Assembly: GCA_913065105.1 (NCBI GenBank)
Contig: CAJXZZ010000002.1
Coordinates: forward strand, 16,469 to 80,468
DNA length: 64,000 nucleotides
Source of the DNA: an uncultured Gammaproteobacteria bacterium
Lineage (GTDB): Bacteria > Pseudomonadota > Gammaproteobacteria > SZUA-229
Direction: 5' to 3'
Shown here: positions 1 through 10,397 of the stretch, piece by piece
Position numbering within the stretch: position 1 is the stretch's first letter
How the letters are laid out: each line of letters begins with the position of its first letter
Made by a program: the position numbers and the translations under genes
Notes under the pieces: model-generated
Told to the model about the DNA's origin: nothing
What the model saw: only the letters and a program-made list of their open reading frames with translations
Database searches by the model: none

Positions 1-371
1 AGATAACCGTAGAAAAAGGCAAAGATGAAATCGAGCGCATAACGGTTTGGGGTACGCCTGCCCGATATAACCATGTCACAGAGAAAGGTGAATCCGTTGA
101 AGCCCAGAGCGAACACATGGTCTACACCGCCAGTCAGAACAAACTGGTGATGACGATCAATGCCAGCCTGAAACAACCTGATCATCAGGTCAGCAGTAAT
201 AAAATCATCTATGATACGCTGAAAAAAATCGTCATCGCTGGCGAGAGGAACATCAACTCAGATAACGAAAAACCTGATGAAAAAGAGCGGGTAAATATTA
301 CACTGACGCCTAAAAAACAGGATCAGCCCGCGAAACCATCGCCAACAAAAGAGTCACAAACGGAAAAATAG
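1..371 (+). CDS. lptA: LPS export periplasmic protein LptA, C-terminal fragment; the gene begins upstream of the window
   Basis: Frame 3 is open from base 3. The translation [44 protein letters not shown]... is OstA/LptA-like. It lies directly upstream of lptB, which is the conserved order. Confidence 0.8.
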   Translation, partial: ITVEKGKDEIERITVWGTPARYNHVTEKGESVEAQSEHMVYTASQNKLVMTINASLKQPDHQVSSNKIIYDTLKKIVIAGERNINSDNEKPDEKERVNITLTPKKQDQPAKPSPTKESQTEK

Positions 372-378
372 CAGCAGC

Positions 379-1104
379 ATGTCCACACTTCACGCTAATA
401 ATCTGGTTAAAGCCTATAAATCACGCACCGTGGTCGATGGTGTTTCATTTGATGTAAACAGTGGCGAAGTCGTCGGTTTGCTCGGCCCCAATGGCGCTGG
501 CAAGACCACCAGCTTTTACATGGTGGTTGGTCTGGTACGAGCTGACGAGGGAAGCATCTATCTGGATGATACTGACATTACCCGCCTACCGATGCACGCC
601 AGGGCACAAAAAGGTCTTGGTTACCTGCCCCAGGAAGCATCGGTGTTTAGAAAATTAAGTGTTGAAGATAATATTCTTGCGGTGCTGGAAACAAAAAAAG
701 AGCTTAATCAGGCGCAGCGCCAGGAAAAACTGGACGCATTGATCGATGACCTGCAGATTGATCACATCCGCCACAATAATGGCTTAAGCCTGTCTGGCGG
801 CGAACGCCGTCGTGTTGAAATTGCCCGGGCTCTGGCCTCGCAGCCTGCATTTGTTCTATTAGACGAACCCTTTGCCGGCGTCGATCCTATCTCTGTTATT
901 GAAATTCAAAAAATCGTCAAACACTTGATCGAGCGCAACATTGGGGTGCTTATAACCGACCATAATGTGCGTGAGACCTTGGGAATCTGTGATCGAGCAT
1001 ACATCCTTAACGCGGGTAAGATTATTGCTCAAGGACAGCCTGAAGAAATTCTTTCTAATGAAGAAGTGCGAGAAGTCTATCTTGGTCGAGATTTTCGTCT
1101 ATAA
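379..1104 (+). CDS. lptB: LPS export ABC transporter ATP-binding protein LptB
   Basis: Walker [10 protein letters not shown], signature [15 protein letters not shown] and Walker B LLDEP are present. The gene sits in lptA-lptB-rpoN synteny. Confidence 0.95.
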   Translation: MSTLHANNLVKAYKSRTVVDGVSFDVNSGEVVGLLGPNGAGKTTSFYMVVGLVRADEGSIYLDDTDITRLPMHARAQKGLGYLPQEASVFRKLSVEDNILAVLETKKELNQAQRQEKLDALIDDLQIDHIRHNNGLSLSGGERRRVEIARALASQPAFVLLDEPFAGVDPISVIEIQKIVKHLIERNIGVLITDHNVRETLGICDRAYILNAGKIIAQGQPEEILSNEEVREVYLGRDFRL

Positions 1105-1251
1105 ACAGGGTTAAGAATGACAATATTTGATGTAACGGAGATTTTAACGACCTATTTATTTACTGTTTCGCACCTTTAGCCACCATTTAAGGCCATCGTA
1201 CCAAGGTGCACAGCGACGTAATCAAGCAAATGAATTGTCTATAGATACACC

Positions 1252-2757
1252 ATGAAGCCTACTCTTCAGCTAAAACTTGGCCAGCACCTCACGATGACAC
1301 CTCAGTTACAGCAAGCTATACGCCTGCTGCAACTGTCCACACTTGAATTACAAAGTGAGATTCAACAGGCATTAGAAGAAAACCCCATGCTGGAGCAGGA
1401 TGAGGATAGCTTAGAGGCAAATGCAGAGGCAGAAATCGAAAGCCACTCGGCTGAAGCCCAGGATGCAGCTAATAGCGCCGCTAATAAAGAAAGCAGCGCA
1501 GAAAACGACGACCCGCACATGGACATGGAAAACCGTCAGGAAATACCTGATGAGCTAGCAGTCGATGCAAATTGGGAAGACACCTATGACATCCCCACCA
1601 CCCCATCGCCCAGTAACCAGCAAAACAGTGATTCAACTAACGATTTTCTGGAAAACCAGAGTATCGAAGGCGACACACTCAGCGAACACCTTCTCTGGCA
1701 ATTAAAAAATTCACAATTTAGTGACACCGATTTCATCATTGCTATTGCTCTCATCGATGCCGTTAATGATGATGGCTATCTTACTGAAACTATTGAAGAA
1801 ATATATGACGGCTTAAAAGATGAGCTGGACATCGAACTGGATGAAGTTGAGGCGGTATTGCATCGTGTACAACGATTTGACCCTGTCGGTATAGCCGCCC
1901 GCAACCTGCAGGAATGTTTACTGCTACAACTGGAACAGTTTGACCCTCAAACTCCGGCGCTGGCCGACGTCAAAAATATCATCGAGTTTCACCTGGATCT
2001 GTTAGGCGCGCACGATTACGCCCGTTTACAGAAAAAAACCCGTCGCAATGAAGACCAACTGAAAGAATTAATACTATTTATACAGTCACTTAATCCCAAA
2101 CCCGGTGCCAGTATTTCAAAAAATAATGCCCAATATGTGATTCCAGACATATTTGTTCGCAAACACAACGGCCAATGGCGTGTCAGTCTTAATCCAGATA
2201 CTGCACCCAGGCTGAAAATTAACGAAGTATATGAAAGCCACCTGAAAAATGCTGGCCGTGGCAACAATACCAGTTACCTGCGTAACAGCCTGCAGGAAGC
2301 TCGCTGGTTTCTAAAGAGCCTGCAGAGCCGAAGCGATACCCTGCAACGCGTGGGTGAAGCCATCGTCAGGCGTCAGCGACTATTTCTCGATTATGGTGAT
2401 GAAGGCATGAAACCGATGGTATTGCGTGATATCGCCGAAGAACTGGAGATGCACGAATCGACCATATCACGGGTAACCACTAACAAATTTATGCACACAC
2501 CCCGCGGTGTTTTCGAATTCAAGTTTTTCTTCTCCAGCCATGTCGGCACGGCTGATGGTGGCGAATGCTCGGCAACGGCCATCCGCTCCATGGTAAAAAA
2601 ACTGATCGAGAACGAAAATCCAAAAAAACCGATGAGCGACAACAAAATTTCTTCGTTATTAGTTAAAGAAGGTATTAATGTTGCACGTCGAACTGTGGCA
2701 AAATATAGAGAGTCTATGTTGATACCACCCTCGAACGAGCGTAAACGCTTAGCCTAG
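1252..2757 (+). CDS. rpoN: RNA polymerase sigma-54 factor RpoN
   Basis: N-terminal region I (LQLKLGQHLTMTPQLQQAIRLLQLSTLEL), an acidic region II, and a C-terminal RpoN box (ARRTVAKYRE). Confidence 0.95.
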   Translation: MKPTLQLKLGQHLTMTPQLQQAIRLLQLSTLELQSEIQQALEENPMLEQDEDSLEANAEAEIESHSAEAQDAANSAANKESSAENDDPHMDMENRQEIPDELAVDANWEDTYDIPTTPSPSNQQNSDSTNDFLENQSIEGDTLSEHLLWQLKNSQFSDTDFIIAIALIDAVNDDGYLTETIEEIYDGLKDELDIELDEVEAVLHRVQRFDPVGIAARNLQECLLLQLEQFDPQTPALADVKNIIEFHLDLLGAHDYARLQKKTRRNEDQLKELILFIQSLNPKPGASISKNNAQYVIPDIFVRKHNGQWRVSLNPDTAPRLKINEVYESHLKNAGRGNNTSYLRNSLQEARWFLKSLQSRSDTLQRVGEAIVRRQRLFLDYGDEGMKPMVLRDIAEELEMHESTISRVTTNKFMHTPRGVFEFKFFFSSHVGTADGGECSATAIRSMVKKLIENENPKKPMSDNKISSLLVKEGINVARRTVAKYRESMLIPPSNERKRLA

Positions 2758-2802
2758 GAATGTGGTAACAAACATTCCTTCAACAACAGTGGAGAAAGTC
2801 CC

Positions 2803-3138
2803 ATGCAAATAGAACTGACAGGTCATCACATCGAAGTTACCGATTCTTTAAGAGATTATGTAAATGAAAAAACAGCTCGACTAGAGAGGCACTTCGATAA
2901 GGTCAGTAACATCCACGTCATCCTCGCCGTCGAAGGTGTTCAGCATAAGGCTGAAGCCACCGTCCATATGAGCGGTCATGACATTTTTGCCAATTGCATT
3001 GAAGACGACATGTATGCCGCGATAGATGGCCTGGTTGATAAACTTGATCGCCAGGTGAAGAAACATAAAGAAAAACTTAAAAACCATCTACACAATAAAC
3101 ACAATAATGACTTCAGTCTGGAAGAAGAGACCGAGTAG
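2803..3138 (+). CDS. hpf: ribosome hibernation promoting factor / sigma-54 modulation protein
   Basis: MQIELTGHHIEVTDSLRDYVNEKTARLERHFD is a typical HPF/YhbH sequence. The position after rpoN is conserved. Confidence 0.9.
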   Translation: MQIELTGHHIEVTDSLRDYVNEKTARLERHFDKVSNIHVILAVEGVQHKAEATVHMSGHDIFANCIEDDMYAAIDGLVDKLDRQVKKHKEKLKNHLHNKHNNDFSLEEETE

Positions 3139-3208
3139 TTTTTACATAACTAACAGCATTCGAGATTGAATACGTCAAACCACCCAGTTAAAAGGCAACA
3201 ACGGTAAC

Positions 3209-3721
3209 ATGAACCTTGATACACTAATCAGCTCGAATGCTGTTATTAGCAACAATAATATAAAAAGTAAAAAACGCGCACTGGAACTACTCGCCGAAAC
3301 ACTGGCAGCAGATGCAACACTGCTCAATCAGCAAGCCAGAGAGGATAACCAGGATTCTGAGGATATCGATGCGCTGGAAATTTTTCATTTACTGACAGAA
3401 AGAGAAAAATTAGGTTCCACCGGCATGGGACATGGCGTTGCCCTGCCACACACCCGCACAAATCTGACGGAACACGCTATCGGGGCATTTCTAAAACTCG
3501 ATAACGGTATAGATTTTGACAGCCCGGATGACCAGGCTACCGATTTAATCTTCGCATTAATGGTACCAGAGCATTACACCGACGAACATCTCAAAATACT
3601 CGCTTATCTAGCCGAGCTGTTCAGTGACGAAGCTTTTTGTAACACCATACGAAACACTACAAATACCCAGGATATATACGATCATCTCATGAGCTGGCAG
3701 TTAACCTCACAGGCATCATGA
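3209..3721 (+). CDS. ptsN: nitrogen-regulatory PTS EIIA-Ntr (PtsN)
   Basis: Fructose-type EIIA fold with active-site GHGVALPHT and a FALMVP motif. Located in the rpoN operon. Confidence 0.85.
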   Translation: MNLDTLISSNAVISNNNIKSKKRALELLAETLAADATLLNQQAREDNQDSEDIDALEIFHLLTEREKLGSTGMGHGVALPHTRTNLTEHAIGAFLKLDNGIDFDSPDDQATDLIFALMVPEHYTDEHLKILAYLAELFSDEAFCNTIRNTTNTQDIYDHLMSWQLTSQAS

Positions 3722-4659
3722 GAGAGATCCTTTCCGCTGAATCTATCATAGTCAATCTTGCCAGTAAGATTGATCTAAAATGGGTTGCTGGTTCTGAAGA
3801 TCCTGAACGTCCATTACATGAAGTTGACGTCAACGAACACGCAACGTTGATCGGCCACCTTAATCTCATCCACAACAATATTATCCAGGTAATAGGTAAA
3901 ACAGAATGTGACTACCTCAACAGCCTGGATGACACGTTTAGAAACAGCACACTGACGCAGCTATTTAGCAACAAAACAGTCGCTATCATACTAACTGATG
4001 GCCTGCCCGTACCCGATATCCTCTGCGAGTACGCCAACAAATACAATGTTCCCGTATTAAGCTGCGAAGCACACAGCAACGATGTGGTTGATACCGCACG
4101 CTATTACCTGCACAAGTTATTTTCCAACAAGGAAATCGTGCATGGTGTGTTTATGGAAGTATTGGGCACGGGCGTATTGATCACCGGAGAAAGCAGCGTC
4201 GGTAAAAGTGAACTTGCCCTCGAATTAATCTCCCGTGGTCATCGTCTGGTAGCAGATGACGCACCAGAATTCACCCAGACAGGACCAGATATACTTGAAG
4301 GCCGCAGCCCCGGCATATTACAGGGTTTTATGGAAGTACGCGGTCTAGGGGTTTTAAACATTCGTGAAATGTATGGTGACAATGCGATAAAAATTAATAA
4401 GTACCTACGCCTAATTATTCACATGGAAAGAATGAATGACGATAACCTTAGTGACTTTAGTCGATTGACCGGGCGTAGCAAAGTCCAAAAAATACTCAAT
4501 GTTGAAATACCGGTAACACTGATCCCTGTCGCTCCAGGACGAAATCTGGCGGTTATTGTCGAAGCTGCAGTGCGCAATCACATCTTACGCGGCAACGGCT
4601 ATGACGCTAGCCAGCAGCTTATTGATCTACAACAAAAAGCTATAGAAGACGGCCAATAA
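3718..4659 (+). CDS. hprK: HPr kinase/phosphorylase
   Basis: P-loop GESSVGKSELALELISRGHRLVADD. The 4 bp overlap with ptsN indicates translational coupling. Confidence 0.9.
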   Translation: MREILSAESIIVNLASKIDLKWVAGSEDPERPLHEVDVNEHATLIGHLNLIHNNIIQVIGKTECDYLNSLDDTFRNSTLTQLFSNKTVAIILTDGLPVPDILCEYANKYNVPVLSCEAHSNDVVDTARYYLHKLFSNKEIVHGVFMEVLGTGVLITGESSVGKSELALELISRGHRLVADDAPEFTQTGPDILEGRSPGILQGFMEVRGLGVLNIREMYGDNAIKINKYLRLIIHMERMNDDNLSDFSRLTGRSKVQKILNVEIPVTLIPVAPGRNLAVIVEAAVRNHILRGNGYDASQQLIDLQQKAIEDGQ

Positions 4660-4672
4660 ACGGACCTCACTA

Positions 4673-5554
4673 ATGAAATTAGTCATCATAAGTGGACTTT
4701 CAGGCTCAGGAAAAACTGTCGCATTGCATACCCTTGAAGATGAAGATTATTACTGCGTTGACAACTTACCCATCGGATTACTGCCGCAATTTATAGAGCG
4801 GATTTTAAGCCGGAGAGTACAGCTGTATGATCATATTGCCGTCGGCATTGATGCACGCAGTGATTCAGAAGACCTGCGTGACTTCAAAACCATCGTCGAA
4901 TGGATACAGCAGCGTGATACAAAAACAGAAATTGAAATTGAAATAATCTATCTTCAGGCTGACCTCGAGACACTGATAAAACGCTTCAGTGATACAAGAC
5001 GAAGACACCCGTTAACCAAAAAGGGACTTCCCCTGTCCGAAGCAATCGAGGTAGAGCGCAACCTGTTAAAAGATGTTGCCACTGCCGCAAATTTATATGT
5101 AGACACCACCTATACCAATATCCATGAGCTAAGAAGCTACATCAAAGAGCGCGTAGTCAAACGACCAAAGACAAAACTTTCGCTGCTATTTAATTCATTT
5201 GGATTTAAAAATGGTGCACCTGCCGACTCCGATTTTGTTTTTGATGTACGCTGCCTGCCCAATCCGCACTGGGAACCAAATCTGCGTTCATTAACAGGTC
5301 AGGATCCAGAAGTTATCGCTTTTTTGCAGGATCAGGAAGACGTACATGAAATGCTTGCTCACATCAAAAACTATTTGAATTTTGTAATACCAAAATTTAA
5401 AAAACAAAACCGATATTATTTAACTGTTTCCATTGGCTGCACTGGCGGACAGCATCGTTCAGTATATATCGCTGAAGCATTACATGACGAATTCAGAGAT
5501 AGCCACGAACTTGTTTCTGTTCACCATCGTGAAATGGGCTACGAAGACCAATAA
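4673..5554 (+). CDS. rapZ: RNase adaptor protein RapZ (YhbJ)
   Basis: N-terminal P-loop ISGLSGSGKT. Full-length similarity to the YhbJ/RapZ family. Confidence 0.9.
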   Translation: MKLVIISGLSGSGKTVALHTLEDEDYYCVDNLPIGLLPQFIERILSRRVQLYDHIAVGIDARSDSEDLRDFKTIVEWIQQRDTKTEIEIEIIYLQADLETLIKRFSDTRRRHPLTKKGLPLSEAIEVERNLLKDVATAANLYVDTTYTNIHELRSYIKERVVKRPKTKLSLLFNSFGFKNGAPADSDFVFDVRCLPNPHWEPNLRSLTGQDPEVIAFLQDQEDVHEMLAHIKNYLNFVIPKFKKQNRYYLTVSIGCTGGQHRSVYIAEALHDEFRDSHELVSVHHREMGYEDQ

Positions 5555-5560
5555 TTTGAC

Positions 5561-5956
5561 ATGAGCGTAGCATTATTATTTATCACCCATGAGGGCATCG
5601 CCAGCAGTTTATTAAATATCGGCAAAGCTATCATCCAGAGCCCAATCAACAATTTGTCGTCCATAGAAGTTCCGATGGACGCTGATACCGAGTCTGTCGC
5701 TCAGGATATTGAGAACAAACTAGCACAGCTTAGCCGGGATGATGGCGTATTGTTTATTACCGATATATTTGGCAGCACCCCAAGTAACGTCGCACAAAAA
5801 ATTGCCGGAAAATACGAAGCCGACCTGATAAGTGGCGTCAACCTGCCAATGGTCATCCGTCTACTAAACTATCGCAATGAAAATAAACAAACATTAATAC
5901 AGAAAGCACTAACCTGTGCAAAACAAGGTATACAGCTTAATAATTCTGAAAGCTGA
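5561..5956 (+). CDS. PTS EIIA component, mannose/fructose/sorbose family (no cognate EIIB/C/D in the window)
   Basis: ManX-N-like sequence: LFITHEGIASSL with the phosphorylatable His, and GVNLPMVIRLL. Confidence 0.8.
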   Translation: MSVALLFITHEGIASSLLNIGKAIIQSPINNLSSIEVPMDADTESVAQDIENKLAQLSRDDGVLFITDIFGSTPSNVAQKIAGKYEADLISGVNLPMVIRLLNYRNENKQTLIQKALTCAKQGIQLNNSES

Positions 5957-5966
5957 TTAATTAATT

Positions 5967-6239
5967 ATGAGTATAAGCAAAAACATCGAGATCATAAACA
6001 AGCTAGGCTTACATGCAAGAGCCGCCGCACAATTTGTGCAGCTTGCATCTAGCTTCACATCGCACATTGAAATAGAAAAAGACAAACGCCGCGTAAATGG
6101 CAAAAGCATTATGGGCGTAATGATGCTTGCAGCAGGCAAAGGCAGCGAGGTAACACTCTATGCCGATGGTGAAGATGAAGAGGAAAGTATGAGTAAACTT
6201 GAAGAACTCATTAATAACCGCTTTAATGAAGAAGAATAA
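5967..6239 (+). CDS. ptsH: HPr-family phosphocarrier protein (HPr/NPr)
   Basis: GLHARAAAQFV with the His15 environment, and a Ser46-like KSIMGVM region. It lies between EIIA-Man and EI. Confidence 0.85.
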   Translation: MSISKNIEIINKLGLHARAAAQFVQLASSFTSHIEIEKDKRRVNGKSIMGVMMLAAGKGSEVTLYADGEDEEESMSKLEELINNRFNEEE

Positions 6240-6274
6240 ACCATGTCCATAGGACTACAGAGCAGGAATACAGC

Positions 6275-8008
6275 TTGAGTATATTCATTAGTGGAATCGG
6301 CGTATCTAAAGGTATTGCTATCGGTAATGCTTTTGTACTCGCACGTGAGCAATTTGATGCCACACAAATTACCCTACCTGACTCTGAGATAAACGCTGAA
6401 ATACAACGCTTCAAAGAGGCACTCGCTCAAGCCAATAAACAGTTACACGATATAAAACAAAAAATCGCAAAAAACACAGCGAATGATATCCTCGTTTTTA
6501 TCGATACTCACCTGCTGATGCTGGAAGACCCGGCATTTGATGAAGGCACCATTGCAAATATAAAAGAATATTCCTGTAATGCTGAATGGGCATTACAGAT
6601 GCAGGGTGATCGTCTTGTACAGGTATTTGATGAGATGGAAGATCCCTATCTGCGCACACGCAAAGACGATGTACTACATGTAGTAAAACGCATACAGAGC
6701 TGCCTTGCGGGCACAGCACAGGACCATGATGGCCATCTATATAAAGGCAAGATAATCGTCGCAGATGATTTAACCCCTGCGGACACCATCATGATGAAAC
6801 ATCAAAAAGTCGCCGGTTTTATAACCGAATATGGCGGCCCTTTATCTCACACCGCCATCCTGGCAAGAAATCTCGGCATACCCGCAATCGTCGGTTTACA
6901 CCATGCACGACAGTTAATCCATCGCGATGAAGTACTGGTCGTGGATGGTCTTTCCGGATTTGTTATCAATTCACCAGATAAAAAATCTCTTAAGTACTAT
7001 CGCGCTGTAAAACGTGATGAATCGGCAAAACGCGACTTACTAAGTGATTTAAGCGGAAAACCGGCAATAACGCTTGATAACAAACAGATCACACTACACG
7101 GCAACATTGATCGGCCTAGTGACATACGCATAATAAAAAAATATGACGATACTGGCGTCGGTTTATACCGGACCGAAATGTTGTTCATTCAACTCAATCA
7201 ATGGCCGGATCAAAAAACACATTTCAATACCTACAAACGTGCAGTAAAAGCACTTAACGGAAAACCACTAACCATTCGCACCATGGATTTAGGTGCTGAT
7301 AAAGAAATACAGGAAACCATCGACCATGGTCCTATGGCGCACAACCCTGCGATGGGCTTGCGCGCAATTCGTCGCTGCCTGAAAGAACCTCAGGATTTTA
7401 TGCCACAATTGCTGGCAATATTACGTGCTTCAGCTTTTGGCCCTGTACGTTTGATGATTCCGATGCTAACCAACATCGAAGAGCTTGATCAGGTACTAAA
7501 ATTAATCGAAGAGGCTAAACAATTACTGACCAAGAAAAATATCGCTTTTGATAAAAAAATGCCTGTCGGCGCCATGATAGAAGTTCCGGCAGCAGCGCTT
7601 GCTGCAGATGCCTTTGCCAAAAAACTTGACTTCCTGTCCATCGGCACCAACGACTTAATCCAGTACACGTTAGCGATAGATCGAATCGATGATGAAGTTA
7701 ACTACTTATTCAATCCGTTAAACCCGGCTGTATTAAAATTAATCCACATGACTATCGAAGCCGGAAAAAAAGCCAACATCCCGGTTTCCATGTGCGGAGA
7801 GATGGCCAGTGACACACAATACACCCGCCTGTTACTTGGTATGGGGTTAGAATATTTCAGTGTACAGGCAAATACACTGCTGGAGATCAAACATATTATT
7901 ATCAACAGCACACTTAAAAACTTACAGGCCGAAACCAAGTCTATTTTGCAGATTTATGACAGTCATGAAATCAAGTCACGAGTTCAGCAGTTAGTTAATT
8001 TGTTATAA
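6275..8008 (+). CDS. ptsI: phosphoenolpyruvate-protein phosphotransferase (Enzyme I)
   Basis: 577 aa. The central GGPLSHTAILAR region carries the phospho-His, and a PEP-utilising C-terminal domain (MCGEMA) is present. Confidence 0.9.
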   Translation: MSIFISGIGVSKGIAIGNAFVLAREQFDATQITLPDSEINAEIQRFKEALAQANKQLHDIKQKIAKNTANDILVFIDTHLLMLEDPAFDEGTIANIKEYSCNAEWALQMQGDRLVQVFDEMEDPYLRTRKDDVLHVVKRIQSCLAGTAQDHDGHLYKGKIIVADDLTPADTIMMKHQKVAGFITEYGGPLSHTAILARNLGIPAIVGLHHARQLIHRDEVLVVDGLSGFVINSPDKKSLKYYRAVKRDESAKRDLLSDLSGKPAITLDNKQITLHGNIDRPSDIRIIKKYDDTGVGLYRTEMLFIQLNQWPDQKTHFNTYKRAVKALNGKPLTIRTMDLGADKEIQETIDHGPMAHNPAMGLRAIRRCLKEPQDFMPQLLAILRASAFGPVRLMIPMLTNIEELDQVLKLIEEAKQLLTKKNIAFDKKMPVGAMIEVPAAALAADAFAKKLDFLSIGTNDLIQYTLAIDRIDDEVNYLFNPLNPAVLKLIHMTIEAGKKANIPVSMCGEMASDTQYTRLLLGMGLEYFSVQANTLLEIKHIIINSTLKNLQAETKSILQIYDSHEIKSRVQQLVNLL

Positions 8009-8216
8009 CCTTCTGTACATATGGACTAGTACCACTCCAGCTATTTCTAAAAACATTAGATGCTGATTTATTTCATATAAATACGTAATAGCATATATCC
8101 AACCGATCAAGAAAGACAAAAAACATACGCCGAATCACAAACCAAAACCGCACACATGCTACACTAACAGGGAGAGACAACCACCGCGCAGAAATAATAA
8201 AAAGATAGAAATCGCC

Positions 8217-9572
8217 ATGGACCAAGATCGTTCAAAAAAAACCGAAGATCAAATCCTTGCATTATCCAATGCACTGGAAACGGGTACCATGCAACACGCG
8301 ACCGGCATGTTGAATGAATTAAGTCCCGCAGAAATTGCACACTTACTTGAATCACTGCCCCATAAAGAACGTAACATCATCTGGGAACTGGTTGATCCCG
8401 AAAAAGAAGGTGAGGTCCTCATCCAGTTAGGCGAAGAACTACGTTCAACGCTGATCCGTGATATGTCATTACAGGACCTGGTCAGTGCCACCGAAGGCAT
8501 GGATGTCGATGATCTCGCTGACTTTATTCAATCACTACCTGATCGCGTTACCACCCAGGTATTAACTTCCTTAGATACACAGCACCGCGAACGACTCGAA
8601 GCCGTTCTCTCCTATCCGGAAGACAGTGCCGGCGGTCTGATGAACACCGATACCATCACGGTGCGTAGCGAAGTCACACTGGATGTTGTATTACGTTATC
8701 TACGGATGCTTGACCGACTGCCCGATAATACAGACAGTCTGTTTGTGACTACACGAGACAATATTTTTGTTGGCACATTACCATTAGCAGAGATATTAAC
8801 CAATGATCCAGAGCTGACTGTAGCTGACGTTATGAAACGCAACATCGAAGTCATCAAAGCCAGCATGGAAGACGATCAGGTAGCGAAAATATTTGAGACC
8901 CACGACCTTTTCTCCGCACCTGTTGTAGATGAACACATGAAACTACTGGGACGTATTACTGTAGATGACGTGGTTGATGTGATTCGTGATGAAGCCGAAC
9001 ATTCTGTCTTAGGTATGGCCGGTTTAACTGAGGAAGAAGATTTATTCGCGCCCGCCATTCCCAGTGCACGCCGCCGCGCAATCTGGTTAGGTATAAATTT
9101 ATTAACCGCTTTTATGGCCTCCTGGGTAGTCTCCAACTTTGAAGGCACCCTGGAAAGGATTGTTACTATTGCAGTTCTGATGAACGTAGTCGCCAGCATG
9201 GGAGGTATCGCTGGTTCACAGACACTTACACTGGTCATCCGAGGTATCGCCTTAGGCCAGGTGAGCAAAAGCAACCGACGCTGGTTAGTGAACAAAGAAA
9301 TTATTGTCGGTTTACTCAATGGCATCGGCTGGGCACTGGTTATTGCTGCCATCGCAGTAATCTGGTTTGATGACTTACAGATCGGTTACGTCATTGCTGC
9401 CGCCATCGTTATTAATTTATTTGTCGCTGCCTTCTCTGGTGTTGCTATCCCTATTATTTTAAACAAACTACACATCGACCCTGCCATTGCCGGCAGTGTA
9501 ATATTAACCACCATCACAGACATTGTCGGCCTGTTTTCATTTCTTGGTCTGGCTACAATGTTTTTACTTTAA
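8217..9572 (+). CDS. mgtE: magnesium transporter MgtE
   Basis: MgtE N-domain, tandem CBS domains and a C-terminal 5-TM MgtE channel domain. Confidence 0.9.
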   Translation: MDQDRSKKTEDQILALSNALETGTMQHATGMLNELSPAEIAHLLESLPHKERNIIWELVDPEKEGEVLIQLGEELRSTLIRDMSLQDLVSATEGMDVDDLADFIQSLPDRVTTQVLTSLDTQHRERLEAVLSYPEDSAGGLMNTDTITVRSEVTLDVVLRYLRMLDRLPDNTDSLFVTTRDNIFVGTLPLAEILTNDPELTVADVMKRNIEVIKASMEDDQVAKIFETHDLFSAPVVDEHMKLLGRITVDDVVDVIRDEAEHSVLGMAGLTEEEDLFAPAIPSARRRAIWLGINLLTAFMASWVVSNFEGTLERIVTIAVLMNVVASMGGIAGSQTLTLVIRGIALGQVSKSNRRWLVNKEIIVGLLNGIGWALVIAAIAVIWFDDLQIGYVIAAAIVINLFVAAFSGVAIPIILNKLHIDPAIAGSVILTTITDIVGLFSFLGLATMFLL

Positions 9573-9596
9573 GAAAATATCAATTAAGGAAACACC

Positions 9597-10316
9597 ATGA
9601 AAAAAATCCTCTTACTCAGTTTGTTTCTATGCGTTAACGGCTTATCAGCAATCGCCCAGGCTGAAATAAAAAACGTTACTGCTAAAGACCTCGACATGAC
9701 CAATGTCAAAGATGTAAAGGACAAAAAAAGACGTTTTTTCGATTTCATGCGCCCCATCGTCAATGACGAGAATGCAAAAGTGCTGGCGTTGAGAGAACAG
9801 CTTCTGGATGCAAAAAAGAATAAAAACAATCACGAGTTAATTGCAAAAGCTGCGGATAGCTACAGTGTTGAGTGGACTACAGGCGAAGAAAGCTGGAAGA
9901 AATTACTGGAGCGCGTTGATGCGGTAGCACTGGAAGTCGCACTGGCTCAAAGTGCCAATGAATCAGCCTGGGGACAATCTCGTTTTGCCAAAGAGGGAAA
10001 TAACTTTTTTGGCCAATGGTGTTACAGAAAAGGCTGCGGCATCGTTCCTAAAAAACGCGACAAAGGCACAAAACATGAAGTTGCCAGCTTCAGTAGCGTA
10101 AACAAATCTGTACGCAGTTATATCAAAAACATTAATACCGGTCGCGTTTATGCACCGCTTCGCAATGTTCGTCGAGATAATCGCGCTGCAGGAAAAAAAC
10201 CAGATGCTAATGCTCAAGCTGGTGGGTTAATTAAATATTCACAACGCAGAGAAGAATATGTAAAAGAGATTCGCTCTATGATTCGAGTCAATCAAAAATT
10301 GATGCTGGGACAATAG
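9597..10316 (+). CDS. secreted Bax-like glucosaminidase-domain protein
   Basis: Signal peptide MKKILLLSLFLCVNGLSAIAQA. FlgJ/Bax-type glucosaminidase motif ALAQSANESAWGQSRFA...NNFFGQ. Confidence 0.7.
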   Translation: MKKILLLSLFLCVNGLSAIAQAEIKNVTAKDLDMTNVKDVKDKKRRFFDFMRPIVNDENAKVLALREQLLDAKKNKNNHELIAKAADSYSVEWTTGEESWKKLLERVDAVALEVALAQSANESAWGQSRFAKEGNNFFGQWCYRKGCGIVPKKRDKGTKHEVASFSSVNKSVRSYIKNINTGRVYAPLRNVRRDNRAAGKKPDANAQAGGLIKYSQRREEYVKEIRSMIRVNQKLMLGQ

Positions 10317-10342
10317 CAATACAGCGAAATTTAATCAGCAAT

Positions 10343-10372
10343 AAAAAGGCAGTCATCAGACTGCCTTTTTTG
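10343..10372. terminator. bidirectional rho-independent terminator between the convergent Bax-like gene and argG
   Basis: GGCAGTC-atca-GACTGCC stem flanked by an A-run and a T-run. Confidence 0.75.
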
Positions 10373-10397
10373 TTTCTTAATTAAAAATCCTGATCAG

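Noticed and set aside
8009-8216. Possible Mg2+ riboswitch (M-box) in the 200 bp leader of mgtE
   Set aside because: No recognisable M-box conserved blocks by eye. It cannot be supported without a covariance-model search.
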